Assembly (NCBI GenBank): GCA_002269645.1
Contig: NIVC01000815.1
Coordinates: 237,902 to 301,901 of the forward strand
Length of the DNA stretch: 64,000 bases
Direction of reading: 5' to 3'
Origin: Macrostomum lignano
Taxonomy: Eukaryota
Made by a program: the position numbers and the translations under genes. Shown here piece after piece: positions 48,762 through 62,954 of this stretch. Every line of letters begins with the position of its first letter. The first letter of the stretch is position 1. The notes under the pieces are model-generated. The model saw only the letters and a program-made list of their open reading frames with translations. It ran no database searches and was not told where the DNA came from.

Positions 48762-51700
48762 ACAGTGGATTGCTAATCTAGTCTCAATCATAGAGGAATA
48801 GAGTGGATTGCTAATCTAGTCTCAATGATAGAGGATTAGAGTGGATTGCTAATCTAGTCTCAATCATAGAGGAATAGAGTGGATTGCTAATCTAGTCTCA
48901 ATCATAGAAGATTAGAGTGGATTGCTAATCTAGTCTCAATCATAGAGGAATAGAGTGGATTGCTAATCTAGTCTCAATCATAGAGGATTAGAATGGATTG
49001 GTAATCTAGTCTCAATCATAGAAGAATAGAGTGGATTGCTAATCTAGTCTCAATCATAGAGGAATAGAGTGGATTGCTAATCTAGTCTCAATCATAGAGG
49101 AATAGAGTGGATTGCTAATCTAGTCTCAATCATAGAGGATTAGAGTGGATTGCTAATCTAGTCTCAATCATAGAGGAATAGAGTGGATTGCTAATCTATT
49201 CTCAATGATAGAGGAATAGAGTGGATTGATAATCTAGTCTCAATCATAGAGGAATAGAGTGGATTGCTAATCTATTCTCAATGATAGAGGAATAGATTGG
49301 ATTGCTAATCTAGTCTCAATCATAGAGGAATAGAGTGGATTGCTAATCTAGTCTCAATCATAGAGGAATAGAGTGGATTGCTAATCTAGTCTCAATCATA
49401 GAGGAATAGAGTGGATTGCTAATCTATTCTCAATCATAGAGGAATAGAGTGGATTGCTAATCTAGTCTAAATCATAGAGGATTAGAGTGGATTGCTAATC
49501 CAGTCTCAATCATAGAGGATTAGAATGGATTGCTAATCTAGTCTCAATCATAGATAAATAGAGTGGATTGCTAATCTAGTCTCAATCATAGAGGATTAGA
49601 GTGGATTGCTAATCTAGTCTCAATCATAGAGGATTAGAGTGGATTGCTAATCTATTCTCAATCATAGAGGATTAGAGTGGATTGCTAATCTATTCTCAAT
49701 CATAGATGAATAGAGTGGATTGCTAATCTAGTCTCAATCATAGAGGAATAGAGTGGGGTGCTAATCTAGTCTCAATCATAGAGGAATAGAATGGATTGCT
49801 AATCTATTCTCAATCATAGATGAATAGAGTGGATTGCTAATCTAGTCTCAATCATAGAGGAATAGAGTGGATTGCTAATCTAGTCTCAATCATAGAGGAA
49901 TAGAGTGGATTGCTAATCTAGTCTCAATCATAGAGGAATAGAGTGGATTGCTAATCTATTCTCAATGATAGAGGAATAGATTGGATTGCTAATCTAGTCT
50001 CAATCATAGAGGAATAGAGTGGATTGCTAATCTAGTCTCAATCATAGAGGAATAGAGTGGATTGCTAATCTAGTCTCAATCATAGAGGAATAGAGTGGAT
50101 TGCTAATCTATTCTCAATCATAGAGGAATAGAGTGGATTGCTAATCTAGTCTAAATCATAGAGGATTAGAGTGGATTGCTAATCCAGTCTCAATCATAGA
50201 GGATTAGAATGGATTGCTAATCTAGTCTCAATCATAGATAAATAGAGTGGATTGCTAATCTAGTCTCAATCATAGAGGATTAGAGTGGATTGCTAATCTA
50301 GTCTCAATCATAGAGGATTAGAGTGGATTGCTAATCTATTCTCAATCATAGAGGATTAGAGTGGATTGCTAATCTATTCTCAATCATAGATGAATAGAGT
50401 GGATTGCTAATCTAGTCTCAATCATAGAGGAATAGAGTGGGGTGCTAATCTAGTCTCAATCATAGAGGAATAGAATGGATTGCTAATCTATTCTCAATCA
50501 TAGATGAATAGAGTGGATTGCTAATCTAGTCTCAATCATAGAGGAATAGAGTGGATTGCTAATCTAGTCTCAATCATAGAGGAATAGAGTGGATTGCTAA
50601 TCTAGTCTCAATCATAGAGGAATAGAGTGGATTGCTAATCTAGTCTCAATCATAGAGGAATAGAGTGGATTGCTAATCTAGTCTCAATCATAGAGGATTA
50701 GAATGGATTGTTAATCTAGTCTCAATCATAGAGGATTAGAGTGGATTGCTAATCTAGTCTCAATCATAGAGGAATAGAGTGGATTGCTAATCTAGTCTCA
50801 ATCATAGAGGATTAGAGTGGATTGCTAATCTAGTCTCAATCATAGAGGAATAGAGTGGATTGCTAATCTATTCTCAATGATAGAGGAATAGAGTGGATTG
50901 ATAATCTAGTCTCAATCATAGAGGAATAGAGTGGATTGCTAATCTATTCTCAATGATAGAGGAATAGAGTGGATTGCTAATCTAGTCTCAATCATAGAGG
51001 AATAGAGTGGATTGCTAATCTAGTCTCAATCATAGAGGAATAGAGTGGATTGCTAATCTAGTCTCAATCATAGAGGAATAGAGTGGATTGCTAATCTATT
51101 CTCAATCATAGAGGAATAGAGTGGATTGCTAATCTAGTCTCAATCATAGAGGATTAGAGTGGATTGCTAATCCAGTCTCAATCATAGAGGATTAGAGTGG
51201 ATTGCTAATCTAGTCTCAATCATAGAGGAATAGAGTGGATTGTAATCTAGTCTCAATCATAGAGGATTAGAATGGATTGCTAATCTAGTCTCAATCATAG
51301 ATAAATAGAGTGGATTGCTAATCTAGTCTCAATCATAGAGGATTAGAGTGGATTGCTAATCTAGTCTCAATCATAGAGGATTAGAGTGGATTGCTAATCT
51401 AGTCCCAATCATAGAGGATTAGAATGGATTGCTAATCTAGTCTCAATCATAGAGGATTAGAGTGGATTGATAATCTATTCTCAATCATAGAGGATTAGAG
51501 TGGATTGCTAATCTAGTCTCAATCATAGAGGAATAGAGTGGATTGCTAATCTATTCTCAATCATAGAGGAATAGAGTGGGGTGCTAATCTATTCTCAATC
51601 ATAGAGGATTAGAGTGGATTGCTAATCTAGTCTCAATCATAGAGGAATAGAGTGGATTGCTAATCTAGTCTTAATTATAGAGGAATAGTGTGGATTGCTA

Positions 51701-53940
51701 ATCTAGTCTCAATCATAGAGGAATAGAATGGATTGCTAATCTATTCTCAATCATAGATGAATAGAGTGGATTGCTAATCTAGTCTCAATCATAGAGGAAT
51801 AGAGTGGATTGCTAATCTGAATCATAGAGGATTAGAGTGGATTGATAATCTAGTCTCAATCAAAGAGGATTAAAGTTGATTGATAATCTAGTCTCAATCA
51901 TAGAAGAATAGAATGGATTGCTAATCTAGTCTCAATCATAGAGGATTAGAGTGGATTGCTAATCTAGTCTCAATCATAGAGGATTAAAGTGGATTGCTAA
52001 TCCAGTCTCAATCATAGAGGATTAGAGTGGATTGTAATCTAGTCTCAATCATAGAGGAATAGAGTGGATTGTAATCTAGTCTCAATCATAGAGGATTAGA
52101 GTGGATTGTAATCTAGTCTCAATCATAGAGGATTAGAGTGGATTGCTAATCTAGTCTCAATCATAGAGGATTAGAGTGGATTGCTAATCTAGTCTCAATC
52201 ATAGATGAATAGAGTGGATTGCTAATCTATTCTCAATCATAGAGGAATAGAGTGGGGTGCTAATCTATTCTCAATCATAGAGGATTAGAGTGGATTGCTA
52301 ATCTAGTCTCAATCATAGAGGAATAGAGTGGATTGCTAATCTAGTCTTAATTATAGAGGAATAGAGTGGATTGCTAATCTGAATCATAGAGGATTAGAGT
52401 GGATTGATAATCTAGTCTCAATCAAAGAGGATTAAAGTTGATTGATAATCTAGTCTCAATCATAGAGGAATAGAATGGATTGCTAATCTATTCTCAATCA
52501 TAGATGAATAGAGTGGATTGCTAATCTAGTCTCAATCATAGAGGAATAGAGTGGATTGCTAATCTGAATCATAGAGGATTAGAGTGGATTGATAATCTAG
52601 TCTCAATCAAAGAGGATTAAAGTTGATTGATAATCTAGTCTCAATCATAGAAGAATAGAATGGATTGCTAATCTAGTCTCAATCATAGAGGATTAGAGTG
52701 GATTGCTAATCTAGTCTCAATCATAGAGGATTAAAGTGGATTGCTAATCCAGTCTCAATCATAGAGGATTAGAGTGGATTGTAATCTAGTCTCAATCATA
52801 GAGGAATAGAGTGGATTGTAATCTAGTCTCAATCATAGAGGATTAGAGTGGATTGTAATCTAGTCTCAATCATAGAGGATTAGAGTGGATTGCTAATCTA
52901 GTCTCAATCATAGAGGATTAGAGTGGATTGCTAATCTAGTCTCAATCATAGAGAATAGAGTGGATTGCTAATCTATTCTCAATCATAGAGGAATAGAGTG
53001 GATTGCTAATCTATCTCAATCATAGAGGATTAGAGTGGATTGCTAATCTAGTCTCAATCATAGAGGAATAGAGTGGATTGCTAATCTAGTCTTAATCATA
53101 GAGGAATAGAGTGGATTGCTAATCTGAATCATAGAGGATTAGAGTGGATTGATAATCTAGTCTCAATCAAGAGGATTAAAGTTGATTGATAATCTAGTCT
53201 CAATCATAGAGGAATAGAATGGATTGCTAATCTATCTCAATCATAGAGGAATAGAGTGGATTGCTAATCTAGTCTCAATCATAGAGGAATAGAGTGGATT
53301 GCTAATCTGAATCATAGAGGATTAGAGTGGATTGATAATCTAGTCTCAATCATAGAGGATTAGAAGTGGATTGCTAATCTAGAGGATTAGAATGGATTGC
53401 TAATCTAGTCTCAATCATAGAGGATTAGAATGGATTGCTAATCTAGTCTCAATCATAGAGGATTAGAGTGGATTGCTAATCTAGTCTCAATCATAGAGGA
53501 TTAGAGTGGATTGCTAATCTAGTCTCAATCATAGAGGATTAGAGTGGATTGCTAATCTAGTCTCAATCATAGAGGATTAGAGTGGATTGCTAATCTAGTC
53601 TCAATCATAGAGGATTAGAGTGGATTGCTAATCTAGTCTCAATCATAGAGGATTAGAGTGGATTGCTAATCTAGTCTCAATCATAGAGGAATAGAGTGGA
53701 TTGATAATCTAGTCCCAATCATAGAGGATTAAAGTGGATTGCTAATCCAGTCTCAATCATAGAGGATTAGAGTGGATTGTAATCTAGTCTCAATCATAGA
53801 GGATTAGAGTGGATTGATAATCTAGTCTCAATCATAGAGGATTAGAATGGATTGCTAATCTAGTCTCAGTCCTAGAGGAATAGAATGGATTGCTAATCTA
53901 GTCTCAGTCCTAGAGGAATAGAATGGATTGCTAATCTAGT
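48762..53940. repeat. Satellite array, 38-bp unit (AGAGTGGATTGCTAATCTAGTCTCAATCATAGAGGAAT), about 135 copies, with higher-order duplication
   Basis: Unit starts at 48765 and 48803. Diagnostic variants recur exactly 684 bp (18 units) apart. Confidence 0.98.
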
Positions 53941-54552
53941 TTTGATTATAAGCTGCAACTCTTCAAGTATTGTTTCAAGGATGCGGTAGCATACTGTTAT
54001 TAAATTTTCCAACATCACTGCCTTTCAAACTTATCCACAGTCCTACCTGATTGGCACAATATTTTCCTAGTTAAATTGTCTTTCTTCCCAAAAGTTTCCA
54101 GGGTCATGGCGCAGTTTGGATGGGGAAATGTCGCAGTTCGAAAGCCCTCAATATGATGAGGCGCAAACTTCGGCGTGTCCCCAGATCTTGTCCTTCAGGA
54201 CAGCCCGTCTATGTTGAATCAGGATGTTGTGGCCACCTGACTTCAGCCTAGCATTAGTCGAGAGCCATGCGTTGCTGCCCCCCGTTCGCTCTACCCTGGC
54301 CCGTGAATAAACAGGAAAATTTTTGTTTCTGAAAAAGCATGGTGGGTCAGCCAGCAACCAGCTTTCGACTTGCGCTGCCCCCCCCCCCCTCAAGGAGGCC
54401 CAAGACCGGAGCCTGGACTGCCGAATCTACATTTAGACAGCTGTGGGCCCGCTGCAGTTATCGTGACAATTGTCTCATTGTTATCTCAAACGATTATACT
54501 GAATATTACTGAATTCAGTGACAATTGTCTCATTGTTATCTCAAACGATTAT

Positions 54553-55155
54553 ACTGAATGTCACTGAATGTCACTGAATGTCACTGAATGTCACTGAATT
54601 TCACTGAATATCACTGAATGTCACTGAAAGTCACTGAAAGTCACCGAAAGTCACTGAATGTCACTGAATGTCACTGAATGTCACTGAATTTCATTGAATA
54701 TCACTGAATAACACAGAATGTCACTGAATATCACTGAATGTCACTGAAAGTCACTGAAAGTCACCGAAAGTCACTGAATGTCACTGAATGTCACTGAATG
54801 TCACTGAATTTCATTGAATATCACTGAATAACACAGAAAGTCACTGAAAGTCACTGAAAGTCACTGAAAGTCAATGAATGTCACTGAAAGTCACTGAAAG
54901 TCACTGAAAGTCACTGAAAGTCACTGAAAGTCACTGAAAGTCACTGAAAGTCACTGAAAGTCACTGAAAGTCACTGAAAGTCACTGAAAGTCACTGAAAG
55001 TCACTGAAAGTCAATGAATGTCACTGAAAGTCACTGAATGGCACTGAATGGCACTGAATGTCACTGAAAGTCACTGAAAGTCACTGAAAGTCACTGAATG
55101 TCACTGAATGTCACTGAATGTCACTGAATGTCACTGAATGTCATTGAATGTCACT
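54553..55155. repeat. 10-bp tandem repeat (TCACTGAA[A/T]G), preceded by a ~45-bp direct duplication
   Basis: Direct inspection; includes an internal 120-bp duplication (54691 and 54811). Confidence 0.96.
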
Positions 55156-55712
55156 TCAAATTTGAGAATAAGAAATTCAGCTGTTTTCTATTTGACGAAG
55201 CTGCAAACAGAGTGGAACTCAAACTCAATAGCGGATCCTTGGGAGTCAGAGTGGGTCAGTTGACCAAAACCTAAAAAAACCGAGCCAACCTAAAAGTAGT
55301 TACCCCAGGTTTTGATTCTGGACCTCCTTGACCTCGCCACCAGAGCCAGCTTCTACCTTCATTGCAATTCAATTCGTGACTTTGCAAATCTGCAAATGCA
55401 GTTTCGCTACATGCTCCTGGGTTGTGTGTGTGCGTGCGTGTGTGTGGGGGGCCTTTTGCGCTGCTAAAGTCTGACTGGCCCCTCCGGTGTTCTGTGGAGG
55501 TTCGTTTGGAGGCTTGGATGACTTTGTAAACACGGTGTGCCTGGGCTAAAGTTATATATGCACACTTGTTGCTAGCTGGAATGTCTCCAATGTGTTTTCA
55601 ATCTGATGGCTACAGTGGGCAAGCATGAAATACTGAACACATTTTTTAGCAAGCTGAACGAACGAACCAAATATGGTTTAAATGAAGGATAATAACTCAG
55701 TTGAATCACCAT

Positions 55713-55743
55713 ATTGGCCAACTGGCTGACGAGCTGTCAATCA
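55713..55743 (-). promoter_or_regulatory. PBX-PREP/MEIS decamer (TGATTGACAG) followed by a CCAAT box
   Basis: Minus strand reads TGATTGACAG-CTCGTCAGCCAGTTGG-CCAAT; a near-decamer TGATTGACAT lies at 56073-56064. Confidence 0.4.
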
Positions 55744-56741
55744 AAACTTGACAAAATTTTATAAATGCGCAATGTTTCAATAGATAAGGATCTGTGACAA
55801 TTAGAATTTTGAAAGCAGTTAGTCATCACTTTATTTTTTAATTTTACTGCTTATGCAATTTGTACTGCTGTGCTGTTCGCTGTTGCCGCAAAAACTGACT
55901 CGAAAATGAACTAACTTTAACCTGAAATTAAGGGAAAAAGCAAATAATGAAAGCAGCAAAGCCTAAAAGCCTTTCGAATTTCTTTTTTTCACTAAAAACT
56001 ATCTTGGCCAAAGCCGCCCTCGGGCCCCCTCCCATTCTGAAGCCCCGATAAGGCATACGGGACATGTCAATCACCCTGAAACCCGGTTCTCGCCCCTTCA
56101 TATGAGAAGCTGCTGCCTTCGTCCCAGCAGTAATCCCACGCCTCTCTGGGCCTCCTGACGGCTTCGGCACCCCCGCAGACGATATTTTCAAACGCGAAAT
56201 ATTATACTTGACAGCAGCAACTGGCCGGCCTGTCCGGCTCTGTCCGGGGTCGGCCATGACCAGGGACAGTTGCCGCAAATTAGTATATTATTATTGAACA
56301 GACTGCAGAGCCAAGCTGCAGGGCAACTTTCTGGTCTGGGGAAATTTTACACTTTTCTTTCTATTCGCACCAATGCTGCTGCTGCTCTAACAGCATCGAA
56401 GGGAAAAACAAGTGATGAAGACAGATTTCCATTGCGCTGTTTCTTTTAATGTTGACATTTTATTGCCGCATTTTCTGCTTGGCACGCTTTTCGTCTTAAA
56501 GAAACGGAAGCGCTGAAGGTTGCTGGGGTCACGATGTTTATTTTGCGCTTCGCTGGAAGCTGCAACGAGACAAGAAAAGATGAGAACTGAAACCTTTGCC
56601 ACCCCTCCCGAATCTACAGACAGCTTCAGCCTGACTGCACAGCTTCACTTTGCACACAAATAGTGGATAAGTTTTTGCACCACCTTTTAATACTGCTATC
56701 ATAACTTCTTTTGATTACCATCATTTTTGAAACCACCATTT

Positions 56742-56965
<224 letters not shown>

Positions 56966-57144
56966 GGCATGCATAAGGCAGTTTGAAACTGCCAACCACG
57001 CACACGGAAGATTGAAGTTTGCCAGTTGTCGAACATTCGAAAAAACCGATATTTCGGCCAGAACCTGCCCTTCTTCAGGGTTTATATTTGGGGTATAAAA
57101 ACAACGATTATTTTAGCAGTGAACTCATTTTATTACTGAAATTA

Positions 57145-57397
<253 letters not shown>

Positions 57398-57645
57398 ATT
57401 AATTCCCGTAATTAATAGATATTTTTTACCTGCGGTAGAGATGAAAAATTGCGCAAAATTCAGTGGGGACATGCTTTCTTCTCTGAAGCTGAGTGTACCG
57501 TGGATTAAGCTTAAGAAATAAAGCACAAATTGCTACATGTGTGCCTTCTTTGAAGGATAATCTGATTTAGGGACAGTCGTTCTTGGGGGAATAACGTTTG
57601 GTGTCTCTTTTTAATCGATACAAAACTAACCAGTGATCAAATGCA

Positions 57646-59213
57646 ACAACAAATACAACAGAATACGCGTTCAGCGTCACAGGCGCGAACGAACGCCACG
57701 CCGCCGGCCGAATCCGCAGGCAGTCGACGAAACGCCGAGTGCGCGCCTGCCCCTGCCGGTAGGGTCCCTGCAGCGTTAGCAGCAGCACCTCCTGCATCGG
57801 CTGTGGGCAGTACGACTCGGCGCGGATGATGTGGCCTGCCAGCTGGAGTCGCCGACGGCGCAACAGGTCGCTTGGACGGACCAGGCCGGCGCGGTGATAC
57901 AAAGCCGCGTTGGTCACTCGCTCGTAGCCGATCTTGAAGGCGTCGCGCAGCAGGCCAGCGTGCGCCGCGTCAAATTTTGCTCGAGCGACTCCGTCAGCGT
58001 CCAGATCTCGGCGTTGTACGAGCGTACAGCAGGACGGTCTCGATCACCGCCTGGAACAACGCCGCCATCTGGCGGTCAGGTAAGGTCTCGGACTGCAGGA
58101 CTGCCTTCACAGAACGAAAGGCAGCCCAGGCAAGCCCGCGGACGCCAGGAACCAGACCACCGAGGTACTCGTAGACGAACTGCTGACAGCGCGGGAACTC
58201 CGTCACCTGTCCATCAGCGCCTCGGCACAAAATCGCAGCTTTGATGTCGTCCGGCACGCAGAGCACGACGGTCTTCTGCGTGTTGACCACCTGGCCGACA
58301 CTCGCCGCAACAACAACAAGCTTGTCCAGTTGTCGCTGGGCGCCCTCGACAGTTGAGGACAGCAGGGCGAGATCATCGGCGTAGCCAAGCACGCTGAGCC
58401 GCCTCTCCGGTTGACGTCGACCCACGCGTCGCCGCAACAGAAAGCCGTCGTCGTTGGTAGGAAGAGCGATCCGCAGCACCCAGTCAAGCGCCAGAACGAT
58501 CAGAAACGGCGCAAGCGTATCTCCCCGAAGCACCCCGGAGGATGTCTCAAAGAAGTCCGATAGGCCGTCCGGTGTTGAAACAGCAGCTTTCGTATCACGG
58601 TACATCACCATGATGGCGGAAATCAGCCGCTCTGGGACGTTGTACACACGAGCACCTTTGGGAGCACAGACCTGACGAACAAATCGAATGCCTTCTTGAA
58701 ATCTATAAAGATAACAATCAGGAACAACTGGCGTGTCCGCGCCTCCTCGATGACTCGGCGAAGAGCCAGGATTTGCGTCACTGTGCCGCGATGGGGCCGG
58801 AAGCCGTTCTGCTTAGGACGGCGACCTCGCTGTCCACAAAGTGGATGCGTAGCGCCTCGATGGGCACCTCGTCGAGACCCAGTGCTTTCCCACCGGGTGA
58901 CTGTTGGCTCACAACGTCGGCTGTGCTGACTGGTGTGCTGACTGGTGTTAGGCTGAAACTCTCTTCTGCCGGCAACGGCATCTCCGGCGGCAGCGTCAGA
59001 CTGTCTGGCAGCCGGGGTGGCGGCGCGTTGACAATGGCGGCGAAGAACTCACGCGTTCCTGCGCTTGTCCGCAGAGTCGTCTGCCAGGTTGAGCGGAATA
59101 CACCGCTTTCGCCCCAGGTTGATAGCCGACCAGGCACGCGACCTCTGGCATCGGGTCCAGCGGCAGAGACGGCCCAAACGGCGTCATCAACAGCAGCAGC
59201 CCAAATGACGTCA
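57646..59213 (-). mobile_element. 5'-truncated, internally deleted, frameshifted non-LTR retrotransposon (RTE-like LINE) reverse transcriptase fragment
   Basis: Across frames it reads KALGLDEVPIEALR, QNGFRPHRGT…FIDFKKAFD, SGVLRGDTLAPFL, LGYADDLAL, YLGG and RRRRLQLAGHIIR. Flanking TGATCAAATGCA (57634-57645) and TGATAAAATGCA (59214-59225) match 11/12 and are a candidate TSD. A degenerate ACAACAAAT-type tail starts at 57646. Confidence 0.92.
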
Positions 59214-59263
59214 TGATAAAATGCAGAAAATGGCAGAAACAAACCATGATGCCCCCGCGGTTC

Positions 59264-60300
59264 TCGGTACCCGATTCCCGGTACCCGATTCCCGTTACCC
59301 GATTCCCGGTACCCGATTCCCGGTACCCGATTCCCGGTACCCGATTCCCGGTACCCGATTTCCGGTACCCGATTCCCGGTACCCGATTCCCTGTACCCGA
59401 TTCCCGGTACCCGATTCCCGGTACCCGATTCCCGGTACCCGATTCCCGGTACCCGATTCCCGGTACCCGATTCCCGGTACCCGATTCCCGGTACCCGATT
59501 CCCGGTACCCGATTCCCGGTACCCGATTCCCGGTACCCGATTCCCGGTACCCGATTCCCGGTACCCGATTCCCGGTACCCGATTCCCGGTACCCGATTCC
59601 CGGTACCCGATTCCCGGTACCCGATTCCCGGTACCCGATTCCCGGTACCCGATTCCCGGTACCCGATTCCCGGTACCCGATTCCCGGTACCCGATTCCCG
59701 GTACCCGATTCCCGGTACCCGATTCCCGGTACCCGATTCCCGGTACCCGATTCCCGGTACCCGATTCCCGGTACCCGATTTCCGGTACCCGATTCCCGGT
59801 ACCCGATTCCCGGTACCCGATTCCCGGTACCCGATTCCCGGTACCCGATTCCCGGTACCCGATTCCCGGTACCCGATTCCCGGTACCCGATTCCCGGTAC
59901 CCGATTCCCGGTACCCGATTCCCGGTACCCGATTCCCGGTACCCGATTCCCGGTACCCGATTCCCGTTACCCGATTCCCGTTACCCGATTCCCGTTACCC
60001 GATTCCCGTTACCCGATTCCCGTTACCCGATTCCCGTTACCCGATTCCCGTTACCCGATTCCCGTTACCCGATTCCCGGTACCCGATTCCCGGTACCCGA
60101 TTCCCGGTACCCGATTCCCGGTACCCGATTCCCGGTACCCGATTCCCGGTACCCGATTCCCTGTACCCGATTCCCGGTACCCGATTCCCGGTACCCGATT
60201 TCCGGTACCCGATTCCCGGTACCCGATTCCCGGTACCCGATTCCCGGTACCCGATTCCCGGTACCCGATTCCCGGTACCCGATTCCCGGTACCCGATTCC
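59264..60300. repeat. CpG-rich minisatellite, 14-bp unit (CCGATTCCCGGTAC), about 74 copies
   Basis: Direct inspection; minus strand reads (GGGAATC GGGTACC)n. Confidence 0.98.
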
Positions 60301-60969
60301 GAGTATTCGATTCAGTGAATTGGAATATTTAGTGTACATCCTGAATGGGATGACGTTATTACACTGCTTTTTGCGGTAAAGTCATATATTGGGTATAAGA
60401 GTGAGAGGGGTTCTCCTCAGATACAAAAAATAAATCATAGTTCGTTTTTTCGACCGAATCGATGCTTTCCAACGGTCTGTCTCTCTTGCCGTCCCATCTC
60501 TTCTCCTCCCCCTCTTCTCCGCCGCTAAATAATTAATTACCCCAAAAAACCCACAGCCATAAATGCGGGCCTCGCGGCAAGGCGAGAGGCGAACAAACCG
60601 CAGTCAGCGCCCCATCTGCAACCAGTTACTTATAGCCGTCTCTATGCTTCACTCACTGGCCTCTTTGCCATCCAAACCCATCTTCAGACTGCACGCATAA
60701 AATTTACAGTTTTTTCCTCCTATCAACATTTATATAATTAATTGCTGGATTTTTCTTCTATTGGACAGTGTTGGGAGATACGAAAAAAAACTTTTTTTGT
60801 GAGTAGGATATTATGTTTTAGACTAATGCAGCTTTACTCTCTGCAGCTTAGTGCGACTGAGAAATACTTTTCTATGAATGTCAGCATTTATTTCATATTT
60901 ACTGTATTATACGAGTACATCGGATAATACATTCCATAAATATTTATGTATATTAAGTCATTTACAGCA

Positions 60970-61995
60970 ACCGACAGTAATTGACAGTAAACGACAGACT
61001 GCTGTGAATTGCAGCACTGTCAGCAGATGACGGGACACTGACAGCAACTGAGAGACATAGACAGCAACTGAGAGACATTGACAGCAACTGAGAGACATTG
61101 ACAGCAACTGAGAGACATTGACAGCAACTGAGAGACATTGACAGCAAATGAGAGACATTGACAGCAACCGAGAGACATTGACAGCAACTGAGAGACATTG
61201 ACAGCAACTGAGAGACATTGACAGCAAATGAGAGACATTGACAGCAACCGAGAGACATTGACAGCAACTGAGAGACATTGACAGCAACTGAGAGACATTG
61301 ACAGCAAATGAGAGACATTGACAGCAACTGAGAGACATTGACAGCAACCGAGAGACATTGACAGCAACCGAGAGACATTGACAGAAACTGAGAGACATTG
61401 ACAGCAACTGAGAGACATTTACAGAAACTGAGAGACATTGACAGCAACTGAGAGACATTGACAGCAACTGAGAGACATTGACAGAAACTGAGAGACATTG
61501 ACAGCAACTGAGAGACATTGACAGAAACTGAGAGACATTGACAGCAACCGAGAGACATTGACAGCAACCGAGAGACATTGACAGAAACTGAGAGACATTG
61601 ACAGCAACAGAGAGACATTGACAGAAACTGAGAGACATTGACAGAAACTGAGAGACATTGACAGAAACAGAGAGACATTGACAGCAACTGAGAGACATTG
61701 ACAGCAACAGAGAGACATTGACAGCAACTGAGAGACATTGACAGCAAATGAGAGACATTGACAGCAACTGAGAGACATTAACAGCAATCGAGAGACATTG
61801 ACAGCAACTGAGAGACATTGACAGCAACCGAGAGACATTGACAGCAACAGAGAGACATTGACAGCAACTGAGAGACATTGACAGAAACTGAGAGACATTG
61901 ACAGAAACAGAGAGACATTGACAGCAACTGAGAGACATTGACAGCAACTGAGAGACAGTAACGGAGAGACACTGACAGGAACATTGACAGACATC
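60970..61995. repeat. Minisatellite, 20-bp unit (GACATTGACAGCAACTGAGA)
   Basis: Direct inspection, with degenerate edges. Confidence 0.97.
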
Positions 61996-62913
61996 TATTA
62001 AAAGCAATTGATAGTCGCTGAAATAAAAAATTATAATTTAATATACGAACGTAACCAATCAAATATCAACAGAAGAGCACTTTCTTCTTTAAAAATTCAG
62101 CAAAAGTCAGCGTATTGCTGACTCAGGATTGAGAATGAAATATTTAGAGATATTCACCAGCCAGACACATAGCTATCCATAATTCCAAGAAACCGCAGTC
62201 ACATCACGCTTTCCGGTCGGCTCTTAAGCAGGCCTGCTCAAGCGCAAACATTGTCGCTCGATGCCCAGATGCTAGCCTGACTGACAGATCTCCCAGTGTG
62301 GGAGCATGAGGAGGATTGAAGCGGGATGCAGGGGAATACTGGATCCTCTCAGCTCGATTCTGTCTTTAATTTGCCCCAGGCCAGGGCTATACTAGCTGTG
62401 CTCAGTAATCCTTTTCCCGTGTTCGTGCTCAGACGCAATTTCAATCGAATCAGTTCACAGCATTGCACCATGCAGATCGGAGCACTGCGTACAACAGTTG
62501 TTGAGAGTTAGCTGGGCTTTAAATAAACTGCACGGGCCTGCATGTTCTCGGTCGAGATAATCATATAATTCTGCATTCACTATATCATAGCGCCCAATCG
62601 AACGGATAGGAGGCCAGAGAGTTTTTACCTTAGTTTGACAATTCGAAGCTGCATGCATGAGTCATGGCAGCAGGATGTGCCTGGAGTTTGGCGAATGGCA
62701 TTAATATGCTTTTGAGAGACCGTGTGGCTGGGACCCATAGATCTTCTTGAGTAAGCTCATAAGGTTGGTGAAATCTTCTCAAAGGAACTGAGTCAGGGGG
62801 GCGGTATCAGAAAGCGAATTATGCAGGGGAATTATAAAGGCTATAGCCTAGCCGCCTTGGCATCTTTTACTGCCTCCGGAGCTAATAAAAATCGGATTAC
62901 GGGACAGTCGCAG

Positions 62914-62916
<3 letters not shown>

Positions 62917-62951
<35 letters not shown>
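62917..62951. repeat. (GA)n microsatellite
   Basis: Direct inspection. Confidence 0.95.

Positions 62952-62954
<3 letters not shown>

Noticed and set aside
54148-56278. Minus-strand ORFs 54148-54393 and 55928-56278 as genes
   Set aside because: They are short, have no recognisable motifs and lack convincing splice or start signals.
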